Counted from the stretch's first letter, positions 50,836 to 61,042 are shown. The stretch is 64,000 nucleotides of DNA from an uncultured Desulfobacter sp. (GCA_963665095.1 OY762069.1:6016001-6080000), one strand, 5' to 3'. The notes: generated by a model not told the origin, from the letters alone. A program made the numbers and translations.

Positions 50836-52303
50836 TTACGAAACCTATGTTCAAATCAGAAATTACTTTACCCGAGACGGCCTGACATACAGCCAGATTG
50901 CCAATGCCCTTGATCTGGACCCCAGGACAGTTGCCAGGTGGGCCAACCTGAAAAGGTACCAGCCCAGACAGTCAGCCCCCAGAGAAAGCAAGCTTGATCC
51001 GTATAAGAACGCCATCCTGCATATGCTTGAAAAACATCCCTACAGTTCCCGCCAGATATTTCAACGAATCACCCAGGATGGTTTTGCCGGGGGCATCACC
51101 ATTGTTGAGGATTATGTCAGGAAGGTGCGGCCGCCCAAAACAAAGGCGTATTTGAAACTGAGTTTTGCTCCGGGTGAAGCTGCCCAGGTGGACTGGGGTT
51201 CTTATAGTACAGTAAGGGTGGGCAACACGACCCGGCGGTTGAGCTTTTTTGTGATGGTGATGTGCCACAGCCGCATGATGTACGTTGAGTTCACGGTCTC
51301 CCAGACCATGGAGCATTTTTTAGGCTGCCACCAGAATGCATTTGAGTTTTTTGGAAAGGTGCCGGAAAAGGTCATGGTGGACAATCTCAAATCCGCTGTT
51401 CTAAAAAGACTGCTGGGGAAAGCCCCGGTCTTCAACCCCAGATACCTTGATTTTGCAGATTATTACGGATTTACAATTGTTCCCTGTAATGTGCGCAAGG
51501 GTAATGAAAAAGGCCGGGTTGAAAATGCTGTGGGCTATGTCAAAAAGAATCTGCTCAACGGTCTTGAAATCCCTGATTTTAAGATCATGGAGCCCACCTG
51601 CAAACACTGGCTTGATACTGTCGCCAATGTCAGAACCCACGGAGAGACCGGTCAAAAGCCCGCAGAGATGTATGCCCTGGAATTGCCCCACCTATACCCT
51701 CTGCCGTCAGAACCCTATGATATCGGTGTGGTAAAGCAGGTACGGGCTTCAAGACAGTACAGGGTAGTCATCGATACAAATGCTTACACAGTACCCGCCC
51801 AGCTGGCAGGGGTGGCTTTGACTGCCAAGCTTTACCCTGATCGGATCTGCTTTTACCATGAAGACAAGTTGGTTGCCCGCCATGTCAGATCCTATGGCCG
51901 CAAAAACGACCTTGAAGATCCTGATCACTCTAAAATCCTTTTGAGCCAGCGCAAAAAGGCCAGAGACCAGGCAATTTATATGCGTTTTTTAAGCCTCTCT
52001 GACAAGGCCCGGGAGTATTACAGGCAATTGCAGAACAGGCGGCTTAACGCCTCCCATCATGTACGGCAAATCGTGGCCTTGAGTGAAATCTACTCCCGGG
52101 AACAAGTTGCCATGGCCATTGAAGATGCCTTTAAGTTCTCTGCATTCTCATGTGAATACATCGCCAACCTCCTTGAGCAGCGGGTTCGGTCTCCCCAGGA
52201 GCCCGGAGCCCTGCATGTTACACATAAAGCAGATTTACTGAACCTGACAATCCAGGAGCCTGATCTTAATATTTATACCGCCATAGGAGATAAAAATGCC
52301 TGA
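50828..52303 (+). CDS. istA: IS21 transposase
   Basis: HTH, PGEAAQVDWG, VDNLKSAV, EKGRVE. Confidence 0.96.
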   Translation: MIDYETYVQIRNYFTRDGLTYSQIANALDLDPRTVARWANLKRYQPRQSAPRESKLDPYKNAILHMLEKHPYSSRQIFQRITQDGFAGGITIVEDYVRKVRPPKTKAYLKLSFAPGEAAQVDWGSYSTVRVGNTTRRLSFFVMVMCHSRMMYVEFTVSQTMEHFLGCHQNAFEFFGKVPEKVMVDNLKSAVLKRLLGKAPVFNPRYLDFADYYGFTIVPCNVRKGNEKGRVENAVGYVKKNLLNGLEIPDFKIMEPTCKHWLDTVANVRTHGETGQKPAEMYALELPHLYPLPSEPYDIGVVKQVRASRQYRVVIDTNAYTVPAQLAGVALTAKLYPDRICFYHEDKLVARHVRSYGRKNDLEDPDHSKILLSQRKKARDQAIYMRFLSLSDKAREYYRQLQNRRLNASHHVRQIVALSEIYSREQVAMAIEDAFKFSAFSCEYIANLLEQRVRSPQEPGALHVTHKADLLNLTIQEPDLNIYTAIGDKNA

Positions 52304-53030
52304 TCTTGAGAAATGCCTGTCCCACTTAAAACTACCTTATATCAGGGAAAACTATGAGTCAGTGGCTACCCTGGCTGCCCAGAAGCAATGGAGCCACGTT
52401 CAATATCTATCAGAGCTTGCCAGGCATGAATCACTACTGCGCCATGATAAAACCATCCAGCGCCGTATCCGTATGGCCAAGTTCCCGGTAATCAAAACCC
52501 TGGACCAGTTCAACTGGTCATGGCCCAGAAAAATCAATCAGGCTCAGATCCAGAATCTGTTCAGACTCAAGTTCATTGAAGAAAAGGGTAACATTATCGT
52601 GATCGGCCCGGTCGGTGTTGGGAAAACACATATTGCGACTGCTTTAGGTTACCAGGCCTGCCTGAAAAACCATACGGTTCTGTTCTCTTCTGCCATTGAT
52701 ATCGTCAACAATCTGGTGGCAGCCCAGAAGGCGGGTCAGTTAAAGCAGGAACTGAGAAAATACCTCAAGCCAACTTTGTTGATCATGGATGAACTGGGCT
52801 ACCTGCCCATTGACAAGATTGGGGCAGACCTGTTGTTCCAAATTATCAGTCAGCGCTATGAGCAAGGAGCCATCATAATAACCACAAACCGGGTGTTCAA
52901 AGATTGGCCGGAGATCTTCAACAATGACATGACATTAACATCAGCTTTGCTGGACAGGCTTCTTCACCACACCGAGCCTGTGGTCATTGAGGGTAAGAGT
53001 TTTAGAATGAAAGATGTGACGGAAGAATAA
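52296..53030 (+). CDS. istB: IS21 helper ATPase
   Basis: GPVGVGKTH, DELGYLP, ITTN, LLDRLLHH, GKSFR. Confidence 0.96.
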   Translation: MPDLEKCLSHLKLPYIRENYESVATLAAQKQWSHVQYLSELARHESLLRHDKTIQRRIRMAKFPVIKTLDQFNWSWPRKINQAQIQNLFRLKFIEEKGNIIVIGPVGVGKTHIATALGYQACLKNHTVLFSSAIDIVNNLVAAQKAGQLKQELRKYLKPTLLIMDELGYLPIDKIGADLLFQIISQRYEQGAIIITTNRVFKDWPEIFNNDMTLTSALLDRLLHHTEPVVIEGKSFRMKDVTEE

Positions 53031-53129
53031 CAAAGCCGAGGCCGGTCTACATGCATCTGGAGGCCGGCCCTTTAATCGCCTACATTTTTAAACCGGGAGA
53101 TTTATGACATGTTCACGCCCCGCCTGACA

Positions 53130-54152
53130 GATTATTTTGGGCCAGAGAGAATGCAGTTGATCCGGTGACATAGTTTTTAAGAAATTATCATTGTCGCTAA
53201 TATCCATAAGACCGGTAGAATCCATTCTCCACTTCATTTTTGCCATACTCTGGTTGATCTGAATGTTACTTGGGGCTGCAATCGATGCCCTTTGCACTGG
53301 CCATGAAATTGAAAGCGCAGGGACCGGCTCATATGATAATCCATTGAGCAGCCTTGATACTGTTGTACAAAAATCTGCTCTCATTCTTGAAAGCCGATTT
53401 GCCGGGTAATCTATCGCCGCAATTTTATCAACCAGTCGGTGGTGTTTATCACACAATAAAAGAATGTTGGAAGGATCATCAGATAGATGATCCGACATTA
53501 CCACAATACCCCGTGGACCATTTTCAGATGAAGCGACATTATGGGCCAGGTATGCATAATTGCCTTCGTAACCTGTGGTTTCATCCATTGTTAGATTTGC
53601 CCCACAACCTTCAAACATGCAGCGACCATGGGCTTCTATATACACTGTCGTCTTGGTGTCTTTTGAGAAGCCCTTTCCACGCCCAGACTCTGGCCCTTTA
53701 AAAAATATTTTTTCAATTTGGTCCAACTCCTTGGAAATCCCCAATTCAATTGATTGCGCCTCGGCTTTTTTCCACAAGGAATCTATATCTTCCAAAGACT
53801 GGATTTGTTCCTGGCTGAAAAATTGCCCTTGGCAGGCCCTGAAAATTATTGGAGCTGTTTTATCAGAAATAAAAAGCCGTATGGCCGTTAAAGTCTCTTC
53901 AGGGGAACCAAGACAGAGGCGAAAGACAGCAACGACACGATCTGTTTGAAGCAGCGTAATCAAGGTTGAGCATTGTTTTCCAATATTTTGATCAATTAAA
54001 ATTCCCACATGAGACCATTGGATATGTTCAGCCACTAATTTATGATGTGCTTCAACAAGGCCCAATTCATCAAGCGGAGGATGAATCGTCTGAACATAAA
54101 TAACTTCTGTTTTGTTTGTTTTACCAACCATCAGCGTTGCAGTCTCCTTCAT
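53130..54152 (-). pseudogene. cap5: CBASS HNH-SAVED effector, 5' part
   Basis: GRCMFEGC, AHNVASSENGPRG, NILLLCDKHHRLVD; start overlaps the cap3 stop (ATGA). Confidence 0.88.
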
Positions 54153-54643
54153 GCTTTTATTTTGTATTCCCCAACAACCGTAAGCGAATTCCTGATTATT
54201 TTTTTCGTTCCCATCCAACAACGGATATGGGTCCGTCCAACAATTATAAAAAATAAATGCCTGCCATCATAAACTGATTTATTAAGAGCTTTGAACCAGT
54301 CTGATTTATCTATTTTAGAGTAATGAGGGTAGTCTTCTGGATGGGTGTGCCATAGCCCGACATAGGTAGATATTTTATTGGATTCCTGCCAGATTTCTTG
54401 AACCAGCTTTTCATGGGCGCTTGATCTGTAAAACATACACGCGCCCTGTTTATCTCCTGTTTGTGGCGGCGTAAATTGGTCTATCACCATCCGGCCACCA
54501 CGGATTAAATGTTTCCCGATTAAAGCACCGCCTGATTCAGGAAACGTGCGATCCGTTTGCTGAAAGCGGCATATCTGCTCTAAAAGCGTGTGGTCAAATC
54601 GCACTTTGCCAAACGTTTGTATGTTTATGATCCAGTCATCCAT
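54149..54643 (-). CDS. cap3: CBASS Cap3 JAB/MPN peptidase
   Basis: ESGG, YVGLWHTHPE, SKID, FIIVG; ATG 54643 overlaps the original cap2 3' end. Confidence 0.92.
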   Translation of the reverse strand: MDDWIINIQTFGKVRFDHTLLEQICRFQQTDRTFPESGGALIGKHLIRGGRMVIDQFTPPQTGDKQGACMFYRSSAHEKLVQEIWQESNKISTYVGLWHTHPEDYPHYSKIDKSDWFKALNKSVYDGRHLFFIIVGRTHIRCWMGTKKIIRNSLTVVGEYKIKA

Positions 54644-54728
54644 TATGGCACACCCCACAACTACAGGCTTTGTCATAGGCAGTTTCTTCTATCATGGCCA
54701 TTCCGTAATATCTTTTAGTCAACCCAAC
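54636..54728 (-). pseudogene. cap2: Severed 3' end of cap2
   Basis: (VG)LTKRYYGMAMIEETAYDKACSCGVCHNG-stop, in frame across the TSD. Confidence 0.88.
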
Positions 54729-54866
54729 TGAGAATGATCACAAAAAATCATGGAAAAATTAAAGATAATTTGCAAGATATGCCAGGGATGAGGCAGAAGC
54801 TCCCCCGTTTATCTCGCAAATAATCAATGGAACTTCTGCCCCTATTACCCTAACAGGGCAGGAGAT

Positions 54867-55442
54867 ATGCTATCAGAACTTATTAAAAACAAAAATCTTT
54901 TTTTCCATCTTTACGAAATCGATAAAAATACAGCAAAACAGTACAGACAGTTGCCTTGTCCGCATTGTGGAGGCCCCTTATATTTCAGCAATTACATGCG
55001 CAAGCCCCGGGGAGAGCCTGAGGGCGTGCCGGAGGAATTCTTTATTCAGTTCAGCCTATGTTGTGGAACCGAAGGGTGTCGCAAAAGATTGATGCCGCCG
55101 TCCTGCCGTTTTCTGGGGAGAAAAGTCTACTGGTTTGCAGTTATTCTGTGTGTTTTAACAGACTGGCAAAATACCAATGAAAAAATCACCGTTTATGATT
55201 TGTCCATACGAACTGGCATTAGCCGGAACACAATAAACCGCTGGCTTGCCTTTTTTCAGGATACATTTCCAGTGAGCCGAACCTGGCGAAGGCTTCGGGG
55301 GCAGATATCCGCTGGTGTCAGTAACAGCCGTCTGCCGTCAAGTTTCATCAATTATTGCCGGGCGGTGAAATCCAACGCCGAAAACGCACTTGTATCAAGC
55401 CTGATAATCTTATCAGGCGGGTCCAAAATCAGGGCCGGATAA
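54867..55442 (+). CDS. Zn-ribbon plus HTH accessory protein of the transposon
   Basis: CPHCGG, SLCC...CRKR, GISRNTINRW. Confidence 0.8.
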   Translation: MLSELIKNKNLFFHLYEIDKNTAKQYRQLPCPHCGGPLYFSNYMRKPRGEPEGVPEEFFIQFSLCCGTEGCRKRLMPPSCRFLGRKVYWFAVILCVLTDWQNTNEKITVYDLSIRTGISRNTINRWLAFFQDTFPVSRTWRRLRGQISAGVSNSRLPSSFINYCRAVKSNAENALVSSLIILSGGSKIRAG

Positions 55443-55548
55443 TCTCGCGCAGAGGATGAACATAGACAAATATATGCAGGCTGTTTTACCACCTGATTTC
55501 AGACGTTGATCCGAAATTTTAACCTGAAATTAAAAAGGAGCCTGATTT

Positions 55549-56994
55549 ATGAGTGGTAAAACACAGCACCCGGCAGACCTGTGGGCATTATTTCGCTTTT
55601 CGGTTATCGGCGGTTTACTGGCACGCCCTCCGGCAAAGGGAGAGTTGCAAAATGAACTGACCCGGCTCGCAGGTCAAATCTATTCTCATCCTGTGACGAA
55701 CAAACCGACCTGTTTTCATTTTTCCACAATTGAGGCCTGGTATTACAGGGCAAAAAATTGCCAGGACCCAATTCTGGCTCTGGGCCGTAAAGTTCGTTCA
55801 GATATGGGCAAATCCACAGCATTGAATGCTGAATTGATCCGCCTTCTTGGTGTCCAGTACAACACTTATCCGCAATGGAGCTATCAGCTTCATTGCGACA
55901 ACCTGGCAGCTGAAATCGCTGAACAGGGCCTGTGTGAGAATCCGCCGTCCTATGCAAGTGTGAGAAGGCGTATGGTTGAACGGGGTTGGAGAAAAAAGGC
56001 TTCCAAGAACAAAAATCAAACATCCGGACAGAAATCAGCTTTTAAGCGATTAGAAACGTATGAAGTCCGTAGTTATGAAACCGAAAACATCCATGAATTA
56101 TGGCATCTGGACTTTCACGAATGCAGCAGGCGCGTGGTGGACGAAAAAGGTCAGTGGCATACGCCCAAGGCATTGTGCATTCTTGATGATCGCTCCCGTC
56201 TGTGTTGTCATATTCAATGGTATTTGAATGAAACGGCAGAGGTTTTGATCCACGGCTTGTCCCAGGCGTTTTACAAAAGAGGGCTTCCCAGAGCCTTGAT
56301 GACAGATAATGGTTCTGCCATGATTGCTCATGAAACCGGCAACGGACTTAAACGATTGGGCGTCAGTCATGAGACCACGTTGCCATACTCGCCCTATCAA
56401 AATGGGAAGCAGGAAGCCTTTTGGGGTACACTTGAAGGCCGTTTGATCGCCATGCTGAGCCGGATGGATTCTTTGACCCTGGTATATTTAAATCAGGTCT
56501 CCCAGGCCTGGATCGAGATGGAATACAACAAGTCAACCCATGATGAAATTCATATGTCGCCATTGCAATGCGCCCTTGACGGCAAGGATGTGTCACGTCC
56601 TGCACCGGAACCTGAACAGCTTCAATTTTCGTTTACAGCCTGTGAATCCAGAAAACAGCGTCTGTCCGATGGTACCATCTCTTTGATGGGCATCCGGTTT
56701 GAAATCCCTTCACGGTTTAATCATATCCAGCGTCTTCATGTCTGTTTTTGCTCCTGGGATAAATCGGTTGCCTGGCTGATAGATAAACGAACCGGAAATA
56801 AGCTTGCCGCAATTTATCCCCAGGACAAGACAAAGAATGCTTCAGCAATCCGTCGTATCAAATCCACTCCGGATGAAATTAACCCTGGCCATGAAACCCT
56901 GTCCGGATCAGAACCGGCCCTGCTTAAAAAGCTCTTGTCCGATTATGCAGCAACCGGAATGCCTTGTGCCTACTTGCCAATGGAGGAAAAGTGA
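55549..56994 (+). CDS. DDE transposase (rve/Mu-like)
   Basis: ALFRFSVIG, LWHLDFH, LDDRSR, TDNGS, QNGKQE, YN...H. Confidence 0.93.
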   Translation: MSGKTQHPADLWALFRFSVIGGLLARPPAKGELQNELTRLAGQIYSHPVTNKPTCFHFSTIEAWYYRAKNCQDPILALGRKVRSDMGKSTALNAELIRLLGVQYNTYPQWSYQLHCDNLAAEIAEQGLCENPPSYASVRRRMVERGWRKKASKNKNQTSGQKSAFKRLETYEVRSYETENIHELWHLDFHECSRRVVDEKGQWHTPKALCILDDRSRLCCHIQWYLNETAEVLIHGLSQAFYKRGLPRALMTDNGSAMIAHETGNGLKRLGVSHETTLPYSPYQNGKQEAFWGTLEGRLIAMLSRMDSLTLVYLNQVSQAWIEMEYNKSTHDEIHMSPLQCALDGKDVSRPAPEPEQLQFSFTACESRKQRLSDGTISLMGIRFEIPSRFNHIQRLHVCFCSWDKSVAWLIDKRTGNKLAAIYPQDKTKNASAIRRIKSTPDEINPGHETLSGSEPALLKKLLSDYAATGMPCAYLPMEEK

Positions 56995-57818
56995 TGAACA
57001 GCAAACGATTATTGGCTTATTATGGATTGAAGTACAATCCTTTTTTACCAAATATTCCTGTGGACTCATTATGGCATCCACCCCGGATGGAGGCATTTAT
57101 TACACGCCTTGAAAATATGACCATGAACGGTGGATTTGCATTAATCGCCGGTGAACCCGGTCTTGGCAAATCCAAGACACTACAGGCGATTGCCCATCAG
57201 CTTGGCAAGCTTGATGAAGTCGTTGTCGGCGTTATGGAGCGCCCCCAAAGCAGCGTGGCCGATTTCTATCGGGAAATGGGGACACTGTTTGGTGTCAATT
57301 TGAGTCCGGCCAACCGTTACGGAGGGTTCAAAGATCTGCGGCAACGATGGAAAAATCATATTAAAACAACCCTGTTCAGACCCGTCCTGCTCATTGATGA
57401 GGCTCAGGAAATGCTTACCGGATGCCTGAATGAGCTTCGGTTGCTCAACAGTATGGATTTTGACTCCCAGAATTTATTGACCACCATTATCTGTGGTGAT
57501 ACCCGGCTGCCGGAACGGTTCAGAACCAGTGCATTGGTAGCCCTGGGGAGTCGACTCCGGTTCCGGTTAAAATTGGATCCTTATACCCGGGAAGAATTGT
57601 TGGATTATATAGCGCATTGCCTAAATCAGGCCGGAGCTCCTCAACTCATGACAAAACCTTTAATCACCGCTTTGGTAGAGCACTGTACAGGAAACTTACG
57701 GGTCCTCAATAATATGTCGGCAGAACTGCTTGAAGTGGGCGTTCAAAGAGAGCTGCCGCAACTGGATGAGAAACTTTTCATAGAGCTTTTTTCACTGAAA
57801 CCGTCGCCAACCAGATAA
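56994..57818 (+). CDS. ExeA/TnsC-like AAA ATPase
   Basis: YGLKYNPF, GEPGLGKS, LLIDEAQ, GNLR. Confidence 0.92.
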   Translation: MNSKRLLAYYGLKYNPFLPNIPVDSLWHPPRMEAFITRLENMTMNGGFALIAGEPGLGKSKTLQAIAHQLGKLDEVVVGVMERPQSSVADFYREMGTLFGVNLSPANRYGGFKDLRQRWKNHIKTTLFRPVLLIDEAQEMLTGCLNELRLLNSMDFDSQNLLTTIICGDTRLPERFRTSALVALGSRLRFRLKLDPYTREELLDYIAHCLNQAGAPQLMTKPLITALVEHCTGNLRVLNNMSAELLEVGVQRELPQLDEKLFIELFSLKPSPTR

Positions 57819-57829
57819 GAGGTATAAAA

Positions 57830-58072
57830 ATGACAATCAATGAAACACAACTTGAAAAAACAATGGCTGAAATTGTCGACGAGCTGGGCAATCTGGTCAT
57901 GGAGTTGATCCTTGTCAGTTTAAAAAAAATAAACTCGGAAAATCATCTTTTGACAGAATTGCTGGAGATCAAACAAGAGGAACAAAGAGAAAATGAATTT
58001 TATGGTTTTGGTGAAACGGAGCCGGGACATCCTGGGGAGGAAACCCGGCAAGGGATAGCCAAAAGCAGGTAG
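57830..58072 (+). CDS. Small acidic hypothetical protein inside the transposon
   Basis: RBS GAGG, 11 bp after the ATPase stop. Confidence 0.6.
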   Translation: MTINETQLEKTMAEIVDELGNLVMELILVSLKKINSENHLLTELLEIKQEEQRENEFYGFGETEPGHPGEETRQGIAKSR

Positions 58073-58266
58073 CATTGAATAATGCGCCGGGGGAAGCGGG
58101 GTTGACCTGCTTCCCCTTTCTGTATTATTCAAGCTTTCCTGCTCATGCCTTAAAAAACCCAATAAAATCAGTCGGAGCGCAGCGACATCTGCTAATCATT
58201 GAAAATACAGTTATGCCTTTCCCTGATTTATCCTGATTGTCGCTCCATTGATTATCGTGCTTCCTC

Positions 58267-59889
58267 TCACCCAACTCCGGTAATATTGGGATTTTTCCAA
58301 CTGACCACCTTGTTGAGCGCATTATATTTTATGGTTTCAATACAAAGCCTTGTCGTTATCATGGCGGTCTGGGATGAGTCCAAATAAGAAAACGGGGTGA
58401 AAACCCCTGCACAGCCTGTTAAATTTTTGGTCAGATGTTGGCCCGGCATGACAAGGTTCAACGGTGATGCCAATGAAAATTTACCTGCGCGCCAGAATTG
58501 GCATTCGTAACAACTTGAATCAAGATTAACAGATAGCGCATGGCCTCCGGCACTGGCGGCTTCGTTCCAGCAATAAACAATCTTTTTAAAATGGGCGGTT
58601 TTGAATGCTTTATTTAAATACAGGTTCGCTGCCGGTGATCCTACAGCGGAAACAATGACATCCGCATTAATCAAAACTCTTTCACTCAAAATGCTCTCAG
58701 CTCGCTTGGGAATGGCATCAACTTGGATATATGGAAGCTCTGTTTTCAAAAAATCGGCAAGCACATTCACTTTGCGAAATAAAGGGACTTTCCCAGTTTC
58801 TTGTACAGGTTCATAAGAAAGATATCTTCCTCCCAACCTGTGGCGGTAAATATTATCAATTTCTAAAGAATCATTATCAATGAGGATAAGGTGACCAACC
58901 CCCGCTTTGGCCAGCATCACCGAAATTTCAGACCCCACTGACCCACAGCCGATTATGGCAACGCTTGAATTTAAAAGTTTTGTATCCGCACCCCCACGTT
59001 CAAGAAGGTAGCCTTTGTCATGCCTGTTGATCAAATAGACTTTAACTTTCGAGTCCTGGGATTTTTCTTTCAGGGGATGAGGTCTGGGCTTGGGGGCTGT
59101 CAGCCGAAATAAAATAAGGCTTCTCATCCCTTTAGACCTTGGGAAGCCAAACAAAATATAATGCTCCCTGGCAGAAGATAATTTGCTTATAATCTTGTCT
59201 ATCTTCTTTAAAAACGGAGCTTCAACGAGCGACAAAATGTTATAAATATATTTTGAATCAAGATTATTGACGCCCTGTGGCGGCAGCATAGGATACTGCG
59301 TTGGTATATAAACGGCTTTAATGGTTTGAAACGCATTGATTTTTGTAAAATTGCTGTATTGTTCCGGCAGAGCCTGTCCGTCATCATAAACAAAAAAGGG
59401 TTCTGCGGCAGTCTGCTTTCCATTTGTGGGTCGCCAGATTTTCAAATACACCTTTTGGGGAATATCTGCCCCTATGACGTTTCCTGGAATACGATCACTG
59501 ATCGGTTCGAAAAAGCCCTCATACTCGTCAGTTAATTCCATCCTGTTAACTTTTAAAGAACCGAAATCCAGGAGATCAACAGCAGATTCAATAACCGTAC
59601 TGATGATATCCTTCGGGCGCGTATAATCGACGATGATAGAATCGCTTTCATCAATGCATAGCAGGCCTGTGGCATTCACATGGGGAATAGTGCCAATCAT
59701 GTCCTCTTCCAACAAAAAGACATGTGGTAGGGAGTATGGAAACAGATCGTCAAAAAAGAATCGGGTGCACCATCTTCTATTTTTCCCTTGCAGGGTGAAA
59801 TAAAACTGGGTTTCCTTATGATGAGAGGCATCTATCAGTAAAGGATGTACAAATGCTTCCACCAAGGCCTTTAACGGGCCTTCATTCAT
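58267..59889 (-). pseudogene. cap2: CBASS Cap2 E2-E1 fusion, C-terminally truncated
   Basis: E2 PHVNATGLLC; E1 IIGCGSVGS, DNIYRH, CYEC, catalytic GCAGVFTPF; stop codon supplied by the transposon end. Confidence 0.92.
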
Positions 59890-60890
59890 GCATTGTTTCC
59901 CGTAGTGAGGTATGGCTTTTTATTTGAAGCTCTGGCCTCCTCTTCTTCAACCAGCGGGAACTTATCCCCAAAAACCTGTCTGAAAATTTTACTTGCCTTG
60001 TGCCCATCCGCTTCATCCCGCGCCGCTTCAAGAGCCTCAACCAACGCTTCAATCTTATCGTAAAAGATATTGGTCTGAATTAAGGTCATTTTTTCATAAA
60101 CATTGCTGAAAGGCTCAACCGGTAAATCCGCATTTATCGATTGTTTGTATGCGCCTGATTGCTCATCCCATACCATAAAAAAGCTGTTCTTGATGGCGGA
60201 TACAATGGCAATCAGCGACTCAAGGTCATTCCCCTCCTTGTAGTTAAAATTCTTACCCGCCTGAATAGTCAGTCCAATAGACGGCGGCATGGCATTGCCA
60301 TCAACTGAAAAATGTTTTTCCTTCCAGGCTTTCAGGTAGCGAACGCATCGGCGGTATTGGCTTCTTTTTTCAGCTGTGTCAGAAATATTATTTACCCAAT
60401 CAATGAGTTGTTTGGGAGACGACTTTTCCCAGGTCGGGTCCGTGGCATGTTCTTTTCCCCAGGCAATGTGGTAATCGTCTGAATTGGAGGCATAAACAGC
60501 AAGATCTACATGGTATCCGTCAGAATATTTTACTGTGATACATGGGCGGCGGATAACAACGGTTCTATTGTGCCTGGTCAATTTATCCCGTATCAATTTT
60601 TTGAGTTTAACCGGCTCATATTCCTGATTTGTAATGTCAAAAACGATTCCAACATCAATGTCGTAATCATTATTGGGCGGGATTATTCCTGTATGCATGG
60701 CATAAGACCCCTGCCCGAAATATGAAAAAACCAGTTTTTTATCTTTGCCCGGAATTTTCTCATCTTTCAAGCCTTGCTTTAACTCCTTAATCAAAAGCTC
60801 CCGTTTATCCCGAAGTTTCTGCTCCTCTTCATAGGTACCCAGCTTGATTGCATCATGAAATTTAATAAATTCATTTTGTAAATTAGGCAT
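59886..60890 (-). CDS. CD-NTase (cGAS/DncV-like cyclic oligonucleotide synthase)
   Basis: QGSYAMHT, DYDIDVG, PCITV, HVDLAVY, RYLKAW, FGDKFP; first gene of the cap2-cap3-effector operon. Confidence 0.93.
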   Translation of the reverse strand: MPNLQNEFIKFHDAIKLGTYEEEQKLRDKRELLIKELKQGLKDEKIPGKDKKLVFSYFGQGSYAMHTGIIPPNNDYDIDVGIVFDITNQEYEPVKLKKLIRDKLTRHNRTVVIRRPCITVKYSDGYHVDLAVYASNSDDYHIAWGKEHATDPTWEKSSPKQLIDWVNNISDTAEKRSQYRRCVRYLKAWKEKHFSVDGNAMPPSIGLTIQAGKNFNYKEGNDLESLIAIVSAIKNSFFMVWDEQSGAYKQSINADLPVEPFSNVYEKMTLIQTNIFYDKIEALVEALEAARDEADGHKASKIFRQVFGDKFPLVEEEEARASNKKPYLTTGNNA

Positions 60891-60991
60891 ATGACCTTAC
60901 ACTCTCCAAATTGATTAAAGTTAACTAAATTCAAAATAATGCGAATACTTTCTTTGTCAATGTTGAGAATGCAAATAAATATAATTTTATT

Positions 60992-61042
60992 TTTTATCCT
61001 ACGATAAAATAGTATTTTGTGATAAATATACCTCTATATTTA
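60992..61042. promoter_or_regulatory. Candidate WYL-regulator operators
   Basis: TTTTATC-CTAC-GATAAAA (60992-61009) and TAAATATA-CCTC-TATATTTA (61023-61042); AT-rich, so chance is possible. Confidence 0.45.

Larger units (their letters stand above)
49778..53129 (+). mobile_element. IS21-family element, 3352 bp, with two passenger ORFs
   Basis: Ends TGTCAGG...CCTGACA with imperfect ~50-bp TIRs sharing CCCGGTTT.AAAATGTA; TSD GATTA at 49773-49777 and 53130-53134. Confidence 0.95.
54729..58269 (+). mobile_element. Four-gene TG..CA transposon (DDE transposase plus AAA ATPase), 3541 bp
   Basis: Ends TGAGA.../...TCTCA; TSD CCCAAC at 54723-54728 and 58270-58275; ATAATCAATGGA inverted at 54820 and 58244. 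Confidence 0.92.

Noticed and set aside
53088..53129. ORF-track C-terminus CQAGREHVINLPV of the effector
   Set aside because: Read-through into the IS21 end; not native sequence.
54644..54676. ORF-track start of cap3 at 54676
   Set aside because: It lies within the original cap2 tail; ATG 54643, overlapping the cap2 3' end, is more likely.
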